Source: Trichosphaerium sp. ATCC 40318 (lineage: Eukaryota; Protista; Tubulinea). Taken from it: DNA of 64,000 nucleotides. A model generated the notes under the pieces. The model was not told where the DNA came from. It saw only the letters and a program-made list of their open reading frames with translations, and did no database searches. Each line of letters opens with the position of its first letter. Position 1 is the stretch's first letter. Both the position numbers and the translations under genes were made by a program. The stretch lies in NCBI GenBank assembly GCA_038496445.1, contig JALMLS010000371.1:9456-73455 (forward strand), read 5' to 3'. This document shows positions 1 through 12,200 of this stretch, piece after piece.

Positions 1-415
1 CTCTGTACGAACCACTCAGAAAATGTAGCATTAGGTATAATTAGGTACAATGCATGGTTTCATGGTGGTTTGGGGTTCAGTGCACCATTTTTAGGCAAAA
101 ACGACAGAAAATATGTATTTGGAGTAGTTTAAGATATTATGGCTTAATAGCTCTATTAAACCACTTTTAAAGGCGATTATGGGTTTCAAGCATTTTTCTG
201 AAATAGTGGTTAAGTTGTGGTGGTTAAGTTGCAGTTGTAGGTTGGTAAGGCATGATGATAGAAATATCTCCTGAAACATGGTCGTTTAGTGGTAATGTAT
301 TGTAATGTATTGTAATGTATTGTATGTAGTGTATTGTAATGTATTGTAATGTATATGTAGTTGTAATTACCAATAAACCAATCCATCGTTTTTAGTATTT
401 TTTGTTCAAAACGAG
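1..415. repeat. ~400-bp dispersed repeat, copy A (may be cut by window start); contains a (TGTAA/TGTAT)n tract
   Basis: Aligns in direct orientation with 2088-2495 (ctgtacgaac...cagaaaatgtagcattagg...aaaccaatccatcgttttta). Confidence 0.9.
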
Positions 416-432
416 GCAAAATTCCAACTTTT

Positions 433-712
433 GACACGTACAATATACGTACGTGGCACGTACTTTTCACACGTACAATATACGTACGTGGCACGTACTT
501 TTCGCACGTACAATATACGTACGTGGCACGTACTTTTCGCACGTACAATATACGTACGTGGCACGTACTTTTCACACGTACAATATACGTACGTGCCACG
601 TACTTTTCACACGGATGAAATACGTACGTGGCACGTATTTTGACACGTACAATATACGTACATGCCACGTACTTTTTCACACGTACAATATACGTACTTC
701 ACACGTACTTCC
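433..712. repeat. 35-bp tandem minisatellite, ~8 copies (cacacgtacaatatacgtacgtggcacgtactttt)
   Basis: Units start at 433, 468, 503, 538, 573, 608, ~642, ~678. Confidence 0.95.
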
Positions 713-784
713 GATTTTACTACTGCAACAATACAGAATCCATATGAGTTACATACTGGACAAAAGTGTACAGATTTTGTATTG

Positions 785-862
785 AAAGATACAGGTTAGG
801 TACAGGTCAAAAGTACAGGTTTTGTACAGGTTTAGTATGAGTCAAAATCCTGATTCCAGTAC
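785..862 (-). repeat. Degenerate inverted copy of the 1557-1690 GTAC array
   Basis: Reverse complement gtactggaatcaggattttgactcatactaaacctgtacaaaacctgtacttttgacc matches 1557 onward, with CG replaced by TG/CA. Confidence 0.85.
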
Positions 863-1556
863 CAAGAATACAACACTGGCACTTTTCAAACATGAAAATA
901 GAGCATGTGGGGATTTTTTCACTTTCACATTTCTCTCCTCTAAAGAAAAAAAAAGCTGTGTGAAACAACAAAACATCTTTAATGTCACTTGAAAATGAAG
1001 AAAAACATCTAGTGACCTTATTGCTCCGTGAAAAGATTTACAAGGTACTAGCCATGCAATTTAGGCATTTTTGTAAAAAACAAGACATTATTTGGATGAA
1101 AATGCCTTGTTGAGTTTCAATCCTGAAGATGGGTTATTGTGCTGTGGATGACAATAACCACATGCTTTGTTATGTGTTTGTTTGCATAATGCAAAATAAA
1201 ACTTCATGTACATAATGCATGTTATTTTATAATGCATTGTTTTTCATACAAGATATAGCTTAAGCCTCAAAATTCCAATGGGCTATTAATTGCTAAAATC
1301 CATGATATACTAAGCTTGCAATAGTTACACAAAGTGTGTGAATCATGTCTGTGTTTTTGACAGTCTTTTCAATTTCTCTAAAAGTGTATTATTTTGAAAT
1401 AAACTAAGGGTTTTAACAATTTGAGCTACAAACAATTTTGCTGCAACTTTCAAGTCCATTGCCCTAAATTATGTGCAAAGACACCAAAAAAGCCAGCTTG
1501 CTTTAAGGCTTCACTAGTATTTTTGAGTGTCATCTCTTAGCAAGTTTCTTTTTGCA

Positions 1557-1733
1557 GTACTGGAATTGGGATTTTGACCCGTACTAAACCCGTACGGAAC
1601 CCGTACTTTTGACCCGTACTAAACCCGTACAGAACCTGTACTTTTGACCCGTACTTAACCCGTACAGGTTCCGTATTGTTGACCCGTACTCTACCCGTAC
1701 GGGTTACGTATGGGATCCGTACGGGTAGAGTAC
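1557..1733. repeat. 35-bp tandem array (ttttgacccgtactaaacccgtacggaacccgtac) ending in a hairpin with a perfect 17-bp stem (1686-1733)
   Basis: ~3.5 units visible; gtactctacccgtacgg...ccgtacgggtagagtac inverted repeat. Confidence 0.9.
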
Positions 1734-2087
1734 AATTAAATAATATGAAAAATTGGATACAAAATATACTCCTCTTTTTCATACATTGTATGTGTACACA
1801 TATATCACATGTGTGCCAAAACCACAACCATCAGTATACACTTGCAATCAAAAAAAAAATTTGGCCATCAAATTTTGTTTGGATTTGGCAATCAAAAAAT
1901 CCAAAAAAAATTACTGCAATTAAATGGCAGCTTGTAATCGTAAGGTACAAAACATGTATTATTAATAGATGAGGGTGTTTTAAGGTTATTAGGGCATTTA
2001 CTTAAAAAGTAGAGGAGAAAACTTAATAAAGTGCAAAATGTAGCTTTTTGCTGAATTTTGTTGTTTTATTGAATAACTTTGGTCTGA

Positions 2088-2542
2088 CTGTACGAACTGC
2101 TCAGAAAATGTAGCATTAGGTATATTTAGGTACGATGCATGGTTTCATGATGGTTTGGGGATCAACTCACCATTTTTAGGCAAAAACGACAGAAAATATG
2201 TATTTGGAGTAGTTTAAGGATATTATGGCCTAATAGCTCTATTAAACCACTTTTTAAAGGCGATTATGGGTTTCAAGCATTTTTCTGAAGTAGTCGTTAA
2301 GTTGTGGATATTAAGTTGGGTTTTAGGACAATTAAGGCATGATGTCTAAAATATCTCCTCAAACAGGTCAAAAACATGGTCGTTTAGTGGTAGTGGGGTT
2401 GTAATGTAATGTAATGTATGTATTGTAATGTGTTGTAATGTAAATGTACTTGTAATAGTTAAGAAAACAATAAACCAATCCATCGTTTTTACTATTTTGT
2501 GTACACAATTATAACTGCTGACACATATTTTGACCCGTACCT
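2088..2542. repeat. ~400-bp dispersed repeat, copy A', followed by a ttttgacccgtac stub
   Basis: Direct repeat of 1-415 with scattered substitutions and indels. Confidence 0.9.
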
Positions 2543-2689
2543 GCAAATGAATTGCCTATTGTTTTTTGCTAATTTGCAATAGCAAAACCAGGCATTTGCC
2601 AACAAACAGCAAATACCTACATTTGCCAGCAAATGACAAATATCAAAATTTGCCAACAACTTGCCATAGATATTTTTACATCATCAAAT

Positions 2690-2768
2690 GTCATTTGGTA
2701 AGTGCCAACTCCAGTGACATTTGGTAGGTGCCAACTCCAGTGACATTTGGTAGGTAATGAAACTCCAA
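2690..2768. repeat. 26-bp tandem repeat x3 (gtgacatttggtaggtgccaactcca)
   Basis: Visible directly in sequence. Confidence 0.85.
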
Positions 2769-2966
2769 TTTCAGCCCTGAAAGGATAGTATTGCTATTAA
2801 ACCTGTTATCACCAGTAGAGGGCAAAAGTACATCTGTTGTAACACCCCAAATGGCTTTAATTTTACAGTGTTAAGTGAAATAACCTGTTTTTATTTTCAT
2901 TTTGGGTTTTGCCCAGATAATTAGTTTTGGCAGCCTAAGCCATAGCTTCAACATCTAATCACCAGC

Positions 2967-4945
2967 ATGATAACGTTTTTGTGGCTTGCTCTTGGTGTGA
3001 CATGTGTAGCATGTGTAGTGTTGCAGCTATACAAACGAAGCCAACAGCAAGAACAAACCACCAGCCCTGAATTTCGCACGTTTCAGCGCAACTACCTCCT
3101 GGTTTACTACGTCGTTGTTTGTACGCAATTTGAGCGCTTGTAACGTTAATGAAAAAAAAAACAGGTTCGGATTGGCTTCAAGGACCGTACGTGTATGCGC
3201 TGTACGACCACTATGGTTTTAAAAAGCAACAAATTGCCACGTTGTTTATCGCTGGGTTCGGATCATCAATGGTCTTTGGCACCTTCGTTGGCGCTCTGGC
3301 AGATAAATAGTACGCTCATCGCAAGCACCACATTTACTGACAGGTGGTGACACTTTAGTGGCAGAAAAACAATGGCGTTGGCATTTGGCGTCTTTTACAT
3401 CGTCTCATGCGTCACCAAACTGTTTAACGACTTTAATATGCTCTTGTTGGGTAGAATAACTGGTGGCGTCGCTACATCGCTTTTGTTTTCTACATTCGAA
3501 GCGTGGATGATATGCGAACACAACAAGGTAACCATAACAAACAATAAATGCGACAAACGTGGTTTTTTTTTTTCACCAACAGTTTGGTGACACATACTTC
3601 CATAGCACCAATTTTCAGAGTCGTGGCTGTCTGACACGTTCTCTTGGTCAACATTTGGCAACGGCGTTGTAGCAATCTTGTCAGGAGTGCTCGCTTCCTT
3701 TGTAGCAAGAAGCTATGGTAAGCTACCTGCAACCCACTCATAGATAAAACAAAGTCTCCCCTTGACCTGACATGTTTACGTAGGCTTCGTGGCGCCATTC
3801 ATGACTTCAATCCTGTTCTTGGCCGTTGAAATGATCATAGTCTTCTTCACGTGGACTGAAAACTATGGAGATGCCAAGATTGAGATACAGGGCACATTCA
3901 CAAATGCAATTAATGCGATGCGTAATGGTAAGTGGCAACTGTCTAACAAACTCGATCAGGTTTTTCCTTACACAGACAAAATCTATTCAACGTATGATTA
4001 ACTATTGTCGCTACTAGACCTACGCATACCTCTACTTGGACTCATACAATCGCTGTTTGAGGGCTCAATGTACTTGTTCGTGTTCATGTGGACACCAATG
4101 CTGGAGAACGTTGCAAAGGAGGTACGTATTTCCACACATGACATGACATGTTGCAGATTTATTGACATATAATTTTTTTTGCTTAGGATTTTAAAACTGA
4201 AGGCGGTTTGCATGGCCTCATATTCGCTGCATTCATGATAGCCATGATGGTAGGCAGTTCAGTGTTTTCTCTTGCTGTCGGGACAATGAAGATGTCTATC
4301 GAGTCCCTGATAAAGGTGGTCTTCCTTACAGCTACATGCGCATTGGCTGTACCAGTTTTCATTAAGGTCAGCATCCACCGCGACAACAACACCACATCAC
4401 TCACACTAGTTTTAGCAAGCGAATATAATATTGATCGCGTTCATGGTATTTGAAGCGTGTTGTGGCATGTACTTCCCTTGCATTGGATCTGTACGCACAC
4501 TTTTAAACACGTGTTCAAAAATATTTGATGCAAAAAAACGCGAGATTGTTGACACACTAACCAAACAAACAGTTACGTGGACGAATTATTCCAGAGGATA
4601 ACAGAGCTGCTATTATGAACTTCTTCAGAGTACCATTGAATATTATTGTAGTGTCCACGCTGTACTTTGTACGTCATTGTGCTTTACAACAAGAACGCAA
4701 ATGTTATTAACGCAACTTCTCTCTTCTAGATCGATTCTCTTGGTGACGATACCATCTTCCTCCTTTGTGCATGTGGTCTTGCAGGTGCCCTGGGATTAAC
4801 AATGATCCTCACTTCAGCTACCACGCCAGAATCTAAGATTGGTACGTGGCCTGTAATAATACAGCCGTTATTTTTATGCCATCAAAAAACAATGTGTATG
4901 TCGGCCATAATAATAACTATAGAGCATAGTGAGCAAGGAAACTGA
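2967..4945 (+). CDS. MFSD5: MFS molybdate-anion transporter (MFSD5/MOT2, DUF791 family), multi-exon
   Basis: Spliced peptide FQRNYLLVY...SDWLQGPYVYALYDHYGF...GRITGGVATSLLFSTFEAWMICEH...SLFEGSMYLFVFMWTP...RAAIMNFFRVPLN. Confidence 0.9.
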
Positions 4946-5010
4946 TTGGGTTTCACAAATGGAAGACGATAAAGCAAGCTCTGATGTATAATAGCGTTGT
5001 AACTTGTAAT

Positions 5011-6100
5011 TTAGCTCAAATAATCTAATCTGCCCATCCAATACATACATTTGGGCGGCACATCAATAACATACACGACATTTTCTAGTAGTAAAGCAAA
5101 TGTATATGGTGTGACATGTCTGCGTGAGTTCTTCAGTGAATGGTTAAGTGAACTTTTTCTTTGTCTTTCAGGCACACCCAATTTCGCAGCTTTTACCTTC
5201 CAGGCAGGTAGTAAAAGGTTTTGAACGCAGCGAACAGTAGTTGTAAGGCTTGTGTGCTCACTTTGCAAGCATGGAACGAAAACTTGTGCCTGTCGCCACC
5301 ATTAATACACATAAAGACTACGTTACATGCGTGAGAACGCTTCCTACTGGATCAAATAGTACGTGCTTGTTCATTTCTCGAGAAAGTCTTCATAATTTGC
5401 TTACATCTAAATAAGAGCTTGGTTTCATATCCACCAGCGCCTCTGGTAGCCTAAAATATACAGAAGTTGATATTAGGTACAATGCGCCTTACTCTTGCCG
5501 CTGACCGCGTCAAACAACGCCACTTACTAAAGTAATGCCCACAGTGCAATCAATGGAGACTCAATGGACACCTCAAGTAATGAGTCATCTCCCGAACCGC
5601 TGTACCAACACCAGACACTGTTCAACGCAAAGTTCTCACTTGTTTGCGCTGATGTTATCAACGCGTCAAATGACATGTGCCTGTGCGCCTGTGCTGGCCT
5701 CGACAAGAAGATAGATCTATTCCTCAGGAGTACGTGCTCCCACACACAATCCACTGCACAAGGGCACGACCCACTGATTTAGTATAATAGCGCCTACTTC
5801 GATGAACAGGTTCGTACACGCAATGTCCATACCAACAAAGTGCGGGATAAACACATTGCGCTTGATCAAAAGAGAATTCTCGACAAAGAAGCATGGTTCC
5901 GTATTGTCTGCATACTTATACGCTGGAGGTCACTCGTCTCACTTGTTTCAGCATTACATTGGTTAGTTCTCCACCATCTAGACATACTCATAAACACAAA
6001 AACTGGCTTACTTATTATTGTAGTCCTTGAAATCAAAAAAGATGGCAAAGTAGACGCACGCGTTACAGATAGCATAAGCGTATGGGTACGTGCACATCAT
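5011..6100 (-). CDS. Hypothetical multi-exon protein
   Basis: Chain of minus-strand ORF pieces (5011-5268, 5527-5754, 5866-6075) separated by GT-AG-like segments; no family recognised; start uncertain. Confidence 0.5.
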
Positions 6101-6130
6101 TTTTGCTTCTACATAATTCAAATTGGTGTT

Positions 6131-6996
6131 ATGTCACCCCGCCTCTCTGCCTCATGCTGTGTGTGATTTCTCGTTTGGGTCATATTGGCGATAGCTCATG
6201 CCACACGCTTCCTAATTTGATCAGCGTTCTAAAAACCCTCTCTAGGCGCACAAGGATCACATTAGATCACTGCAAGTCAACCACGATAACACGAGGCTAT
6301 TAACGTATGAACTATCGAATTCCAATATCTGTAAAAGGGTGCTAACGGAGATTGTTTAGCGCATCAGATGATGGATGCCTTCATCAGTGGGGACTACAAC
6401 ATGGCCAAGCTCCTAGTTCTGAAGGTACAATGCAGCGACACGACAACGATGCTCTCACTGTTGATTTTGTGGTACGTACCAGCAAGTCAGTCCGTGCTTA
6501 TTGCCAACTGCAACAAATAAAAACCAACTGACATGTTCTGTTTGCACACACAGGGTAACAACACTGCCGTCAGTGGAGGGAAGGACTTTACAGTTCGTTT
6601 TTGGAGTCTATTGCGCTCCAAAGAGACTACAGAACGCCAGGCAGGTCAGGTTGACGTACCAGCCGTGATTTACAGCCTACACGCAGTAAAAAACGACTTT
6701 TTGTGCGGATGTGGCGACGGCTCGGTACGACTCTTCACGTATGCTAAGAACAACAAATCCAAACTAGTCACCACAAATAAACTGCACAAAGGCGCTGTCA
6801 CTACAACGGTAAGTTCCACACACAGCGAATGTTAGCTACAGAATGGCAATTTCAAAAATTAAGATTAAGACCAACACACAAACACAAAGAGTAATTACTC
6901 ACATATATTTAGGTAATGTTTCGTTTCGGTGATGAAGAGTACAGTTTATCCGGTGGCAAAGATAACAGCATTGTCCTGTGTCGGATAGTTGGATAA
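6131..6996 (+). CDS. WD40-repeat protein, multi-exon
   Basis: AHKDHIRSL...TASDDGCLHQW; SGGKDFTVRFW; GCGDGSVRLF; LHKGAVT...SGGKDNSIVL; start uncertain. Confidence 0.8.
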
Positions 6997-7435
6997 GGGG
7001 TGGATCTTGGACGACGTGCTGCCCCGTCATTAACCCGCCCAACTGGCACTATTCTAAAGCGTCCTCAACGGAAAGCATCTGTAGAAGTGCGCTAACTTGT
7101 ACATACGAGCACTGATACGGATCATTTTGCAACGCAGTGACGTGGCGGCCGTTGACACAATTTTTTTTTTCAGTGATAGGTGTCACAACCCATTCATTGT
7201 CATATGCCAAAGGCAACCCATAGAACTGCTACCAGCCCCCTATCACAAGGCTGACTCGTCAAAAAAATATTTCCTTGTAATAAAAAAGCACAACAGACGT
7301 TGCAACGGCTTTACATGACGTTAGTTTTGTTAAGATGTTTACTATGTCACTGTAGTTCGGGGTAATGTTACCCCAAAATGGGGTAAAGTTCCTGTATTTT
7401 CTACATTTTTTTTGTTCTCGCTTTTTAACCTAGCT

Positions 7436-9064
7436 ATGAGCACTACGCAGACAAAAACGCTCACCACGGAGTATCAAAAGTCGCATGGCGTACCACCTGA
7501 GTACACTGGCGCTGGCCTTCCCTCAAAGTTTATAGAGGTGCCATACAACCAACCTCACTGGAAAAGAAAGGCGCTCATTCAAAAAAAATACCCTGAAGTT
7601 AAAAAGGTAAGAACTTTGGTAACAATGCTCAAACGCGCATACTCACGCGTGAATATAGCTACAAGTGCCAGATCCAGTCTCTGTACTACACATTATGTTC
7701 ATTGTCGTTTCACAACTCGCTATAGCGTATTTTTTGAGAGATTATCCATTATGGTACGGTCGTATGTCGTATGTTGCGTTTTCCTAATGTTCCGAAGGGT
7801 AAATTTTTTGGCTGGATATTGCGTTGGAGGTGCGTAAACCTGATTACAGCGTTCTTTTTTGTATTAAAACTGTCCCAAAGCAATATTTGATCATGCCATG
7901 TGGGTACTCATTCACGACGCAACACACGACACCATATTTGCCTCCAGAACTTGTACGCGCCACAGCAGCTCGCGTATATCATGACACCTTGGTGCTAATT
8001 TTTTTTTCGCAGACAACATGATGTGCCTCTTGCTCGCCAATGTTCCTCTCCTATTTCCTTCCGCCATTCACTTCCGTCACTACCATCTACTACATCACGC
8101 TTACCTCAATGAAGCGTACAACGACCCTGATGTACCAAGCGCATGGTAAGGCTTTGAGCATTTAGGTGACAACATGAACAAACACTCATCCAGGCCCCTT
8201 TTGCCTTCATTGCATCAATCCAACTAACACCAAAATATTTAGGGAAAACGCCCTCCTTGGTGGATCTGCGCTAGGTAAAGCACTATGGCTCTTTCTCTTT
8301 CCAATATGGCAGGGCGTACGTACCGTTTAAATTTTCTTAGACGTCTCGTGTACACCCAGGATCTACACAAAGCACGAAATATGCCTTGACTCACCTCTAT
8401 CTTAGATACGTATCCTGAGATTCTCATCTAAGCCAAAACTGGACGTATGGTTGGTTGGCAACGTCGCCATTCAATTGGCGACTGCTTATCTCGTATACAC
8501 TTACATGGGATTGATGCCTCTGTTCTACCTATTCATTAGCACAATGTTTGCAGTTGGATTACACCCTGTCGGTACGGTTTTTTGCGAATAAAAGGACCCT
8601 GTACCTATTATTACTGCAACCGAATACAAAGCTAATAGCGAACAACAGGCGCACGATGGGTTGCTGAACACTATGCTACTGAACCTAATCAGGAAACATA
8701 TTCATATTATGGAATACTAAACAGAGTTTCATACAATATCGGTATGTTCAGCGGCTAGGCTAATACTTTCTTCTAAACCTAATTTTCACCAGGCTACCAC
8801 AACGAACACCACGATCTACCTTCTGTCCCTTGGGCTAAGCTCCCTGCCGTCAAAAAGATTGCACCGGAATTCTATGATGTACGTACAAACAACCACATGA
8901 TCGTTTTTATTCAAGACCAACGCACCCATCCACCTTACTTACATTGTACATAATAGAATTTGGAAACACACGATTCCTACTTTATGCTACTCTTCAAGTT
9001 TATTTTTACACCACGGTTTTCATTGGAAACGCGAGTGATCAGAAGATCCAAGAAACAAAAGTAG
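7436..9064 (+). CDS. DEGS1: Sphingolipid delta(4)-desaturase (DES1/DEGS family), multi-exon
   Basis: N-terminal [20 protein letters not shown]; histidine boxes HDATH, HLLHH, HNEHHD; QETYSYYG motif. Confidence 0.9.
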
Positions 9065-9256
9065 ATGTAGAGAGTCCTGAAAATAAAATAAAAAATAAAT
9101 TACTTCAACGTACAAACACCCCTTATTCTCAAATACGTGAAGAAGTGATGTGTGACGGCCAGCAATGCAACCACCAAAAATAGCAAAAGAGAGTGGGCCA
9201 AATCGTCATTGTTGCTCGCGTGTACAAAATGAGATTTGGTTTTATTTAAACTTAAA

Positions 9257-12200
9257 TTACTTGTAGCAGCACTGTAATACAATATTTTTCAAAATTCTCC
9301 TGGCGGTAGCGTTGGTTGTGTGTATTTCGGTGTTTGTCGGCGTAAGAATCAGTTTTGCCTCCAAAGATTTTATTATTAAAACGGATCCGCCGCTTTCCGC
9401 CTGCTCTGTGACGCGCACGTCTACTATCCTCGCCTGAGAGATATTTGGTTAGATCGTAATTTAAAAAACCAGAGATTTTGATGTCAAAACCCTGAAAGCG
9501 TCCAAATAAAGCGCAGCCAGAGAAAATATTATGGTCGTCAAATACGTGCCTCAGACAATAATTTTAGAACCTTCTTGAGGCGCGGCGATCCCCACAAATG
9601 TCGTGGTGGCGTGGTATCAGTCGCGTTTTGGCGTGTATCCAATTGGAACCTAAAGAAGGGTTTAAATAAAAGAGCTCTTGTAGTTATTTAAAAGAGGAGA
9701 TTATTTTTTGTTCCTTTTAGGGTAGGGTTGTATGGACCCAACAACAGTTCCGAAAAATGAAAAGCGATTTTCGGCGTACAATCCATCTTGCATTGTTAGC
9801 GTAGCACTGACAGATGCGACTGAGCGACTACCAATATGATTGGGTGAAATTTCCATTGCCAACTATAGGCGTTAGCGCTTTGAAAATAGAGAGAATCACA
9901 TGAAGTCAAAAAATAGATTTGCCGACATTGTGATATTCTGACTATAGCCAATATAGGAAATAATACAAGCTGCGAATAGTATTCTAATACGTACCGCTGG
10001 CGTTATCTGGCAGGAAGCGTACTTTTGGCTGATTGGTATGGACAAAGTAGATAAATGGCCGTATTCGTGCAACGCACCATCATATTGCACTTGCAAGTAG
10101 CCTAATCGCGTAGTGAGATAAAAACAAGTGTAATTTATTTATTGCAATTCTCGGGCTAATGCAGTTTTTTAGAAAACTGGCGCTATTTTCACAGATCATA
10201 GGTATTCCTGCTGCGTGCATTAAATTTAGGGCTTACCTTGTTCTCGTTTTGGGAGAATTACGCGTTTAGGTTTGATATCCTTAAGAATCTGCGCAGATTG
10301 CTGGTAGTTGAGGCGCATATCGATCGGGTAGCGATGGATGTCACAACTTATCGGCTCAAATGGCATCAACGTCTGTACAGGATCGTATTGAGTATCTAGA
10401 GAGAACGAGAAGGTTATTATTAAAAAAAAAGTGTCACAACAAGTCCGGTTTGAGTGCTTATTTTATCCTTCACCAAACCGATGTTGCCTTTTATGCCAAG
10501 CGACAAGTGTCGAGCATGATGGTGTAAAAAGTTTCATGCTTTTTTTTTTTGTGTACGGTTTTTCGGTTTGGGGCCGTCGTCGTAATAATAAAGTGGCCGG
10601 TGGTTTTGACGTACCCGTAAGAATAATACAGTTCCGAGCATCTGACTTGAGGTAGTTAACCAGGTGAACGCCATCTCCAAAGCGCAATGAAGGATGTCCT
10701 GCGAAGACGATGCAAGGAGTTTGTAAAATCGAAAAAAGATTTCCCGCTTTAATCGATCTGTAGCAAAATAGTTTTTTAGTTTGTATCAACTGAGAATGCG
10801 GAAATGGTGGCTCAGGCAAGTAGACCTTCTCTTGTTTCGCATCGTCGACCCTAAAGGAATTTATTCTAAAATTCGAAAAAACCTGCAGCAGTTTCCCAAA
10901 AGGGGAAGAGAAAATTACACAGAGCAAAGGAAGGCAACGTATCTCCAAGAAACGCTCGTAAAACAATAATAACGAGCCATTTCAACAAACTGAGTACGTT
11001 GAAAGTGATTTAAAGAGACAAGAGAAATCAAAAAACAACTTTTAGTTGCAAAAACCCATCATAATGCACCACACTCTTTTTTAAACTGTAGGGAACACAT
11101 ACGTGCACCCTTTTTTGTTTTCAATTGTTGTGTGCTTGGTTTGGGGTTGTTCGAAAAAAATTCTTTCGGTAAACAAAACAATGCCATTTTCGCACAACTG
11201 TCGCTCTTTTGCACGAAAAAACGCTTATATAAGCGAAAATCGTAAGTTCAGGCGACTTTTTGGTTTTTGAAGAAAGCCTAAAAATAAGAAAAAAAAAGGG
11301 TTGTAGCCGATCGTCATGCAATCTCGACCGGCCTACTAAATGAACATGGCGATCTTTTTTGTTTTTTGGTGTTTTTCTTTTTTGTTTTTTTGTTGTGGTT
11401 TCTTTGCTCGGAACAAACTGCCCAAAAAAAACCCGACATAAAATACGCTGTGGCAACCAACATAACGTTTTTTCATAGGCGTACCATTCAGCCACAATCT
11501 CAGAGTAAGCGCATATCGTCTCTGCAACCGGTGAGACCCAATACATACAAGTTTCCTCGAGCCCCACGCCAATCAAGTATTGGTGTATGAAATTGAACAA
11601 ATCGAATATAGTACCCGCAGGCGCGCATGGCAGTAGTACTACGCCATTCCTCTTCAAAGTTACACCTTGACACGTAAGTACTCTTAGACAGCCAGATACA
11701 GGTGTCAAACCAAAACACACCAACTTTTTACAAAAAAACTACAAAATAATTTTAGTAGCGAGAGTGAGAATGGAACCAAAATCTTTGTGCACACAAAAAA
11801 AAATAACTACGATGACGCCATAATTTCCATCAAATAATCTTTTTTCACTAAAATACCACTTGCCCATGTACCAGCCTTTCGGTACAAAACCCAAAAACCC
11901 AAAAAACGTCAAATAGTTTTTTTTTGATCTTGTAAAACAAAACGGCGTTCCACTTTTTTTTGTTAATACGCAATCTACTTGGGTTGTACTACAGTCACTG
12001 CAAAACTGGCTGTTGACATAAAAACCATAAAAAAAAATTAATGTGCACGAGTTCATGCGTAGGCGTGGTTTTTTGTACACCGTCACACATTACAAAATCA
12101 TTTTCTGTTATTTGAACCCGGATCATTTTTCTACAATCAAACTAATAACGAGGCGCGTTCAACACGTGACTTTGTCAAAACATATTATAAACTATTCGGT

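Noticed and set aside
210-785. ORFs of 70-156 aa with repetitive YVARTF peptides
   Set aside because: Translations of the 35-bp minisatellite
6305-7095. Stop-codon reassignment or readthrough in the WD40 gene (in-frame TAA at two places)
   Set aside because: The first TAA lies in a normal intron (6305-6359). The short open frame after the terminal TAA can be chance, and other genes end at TAA/TAG/TGA normally
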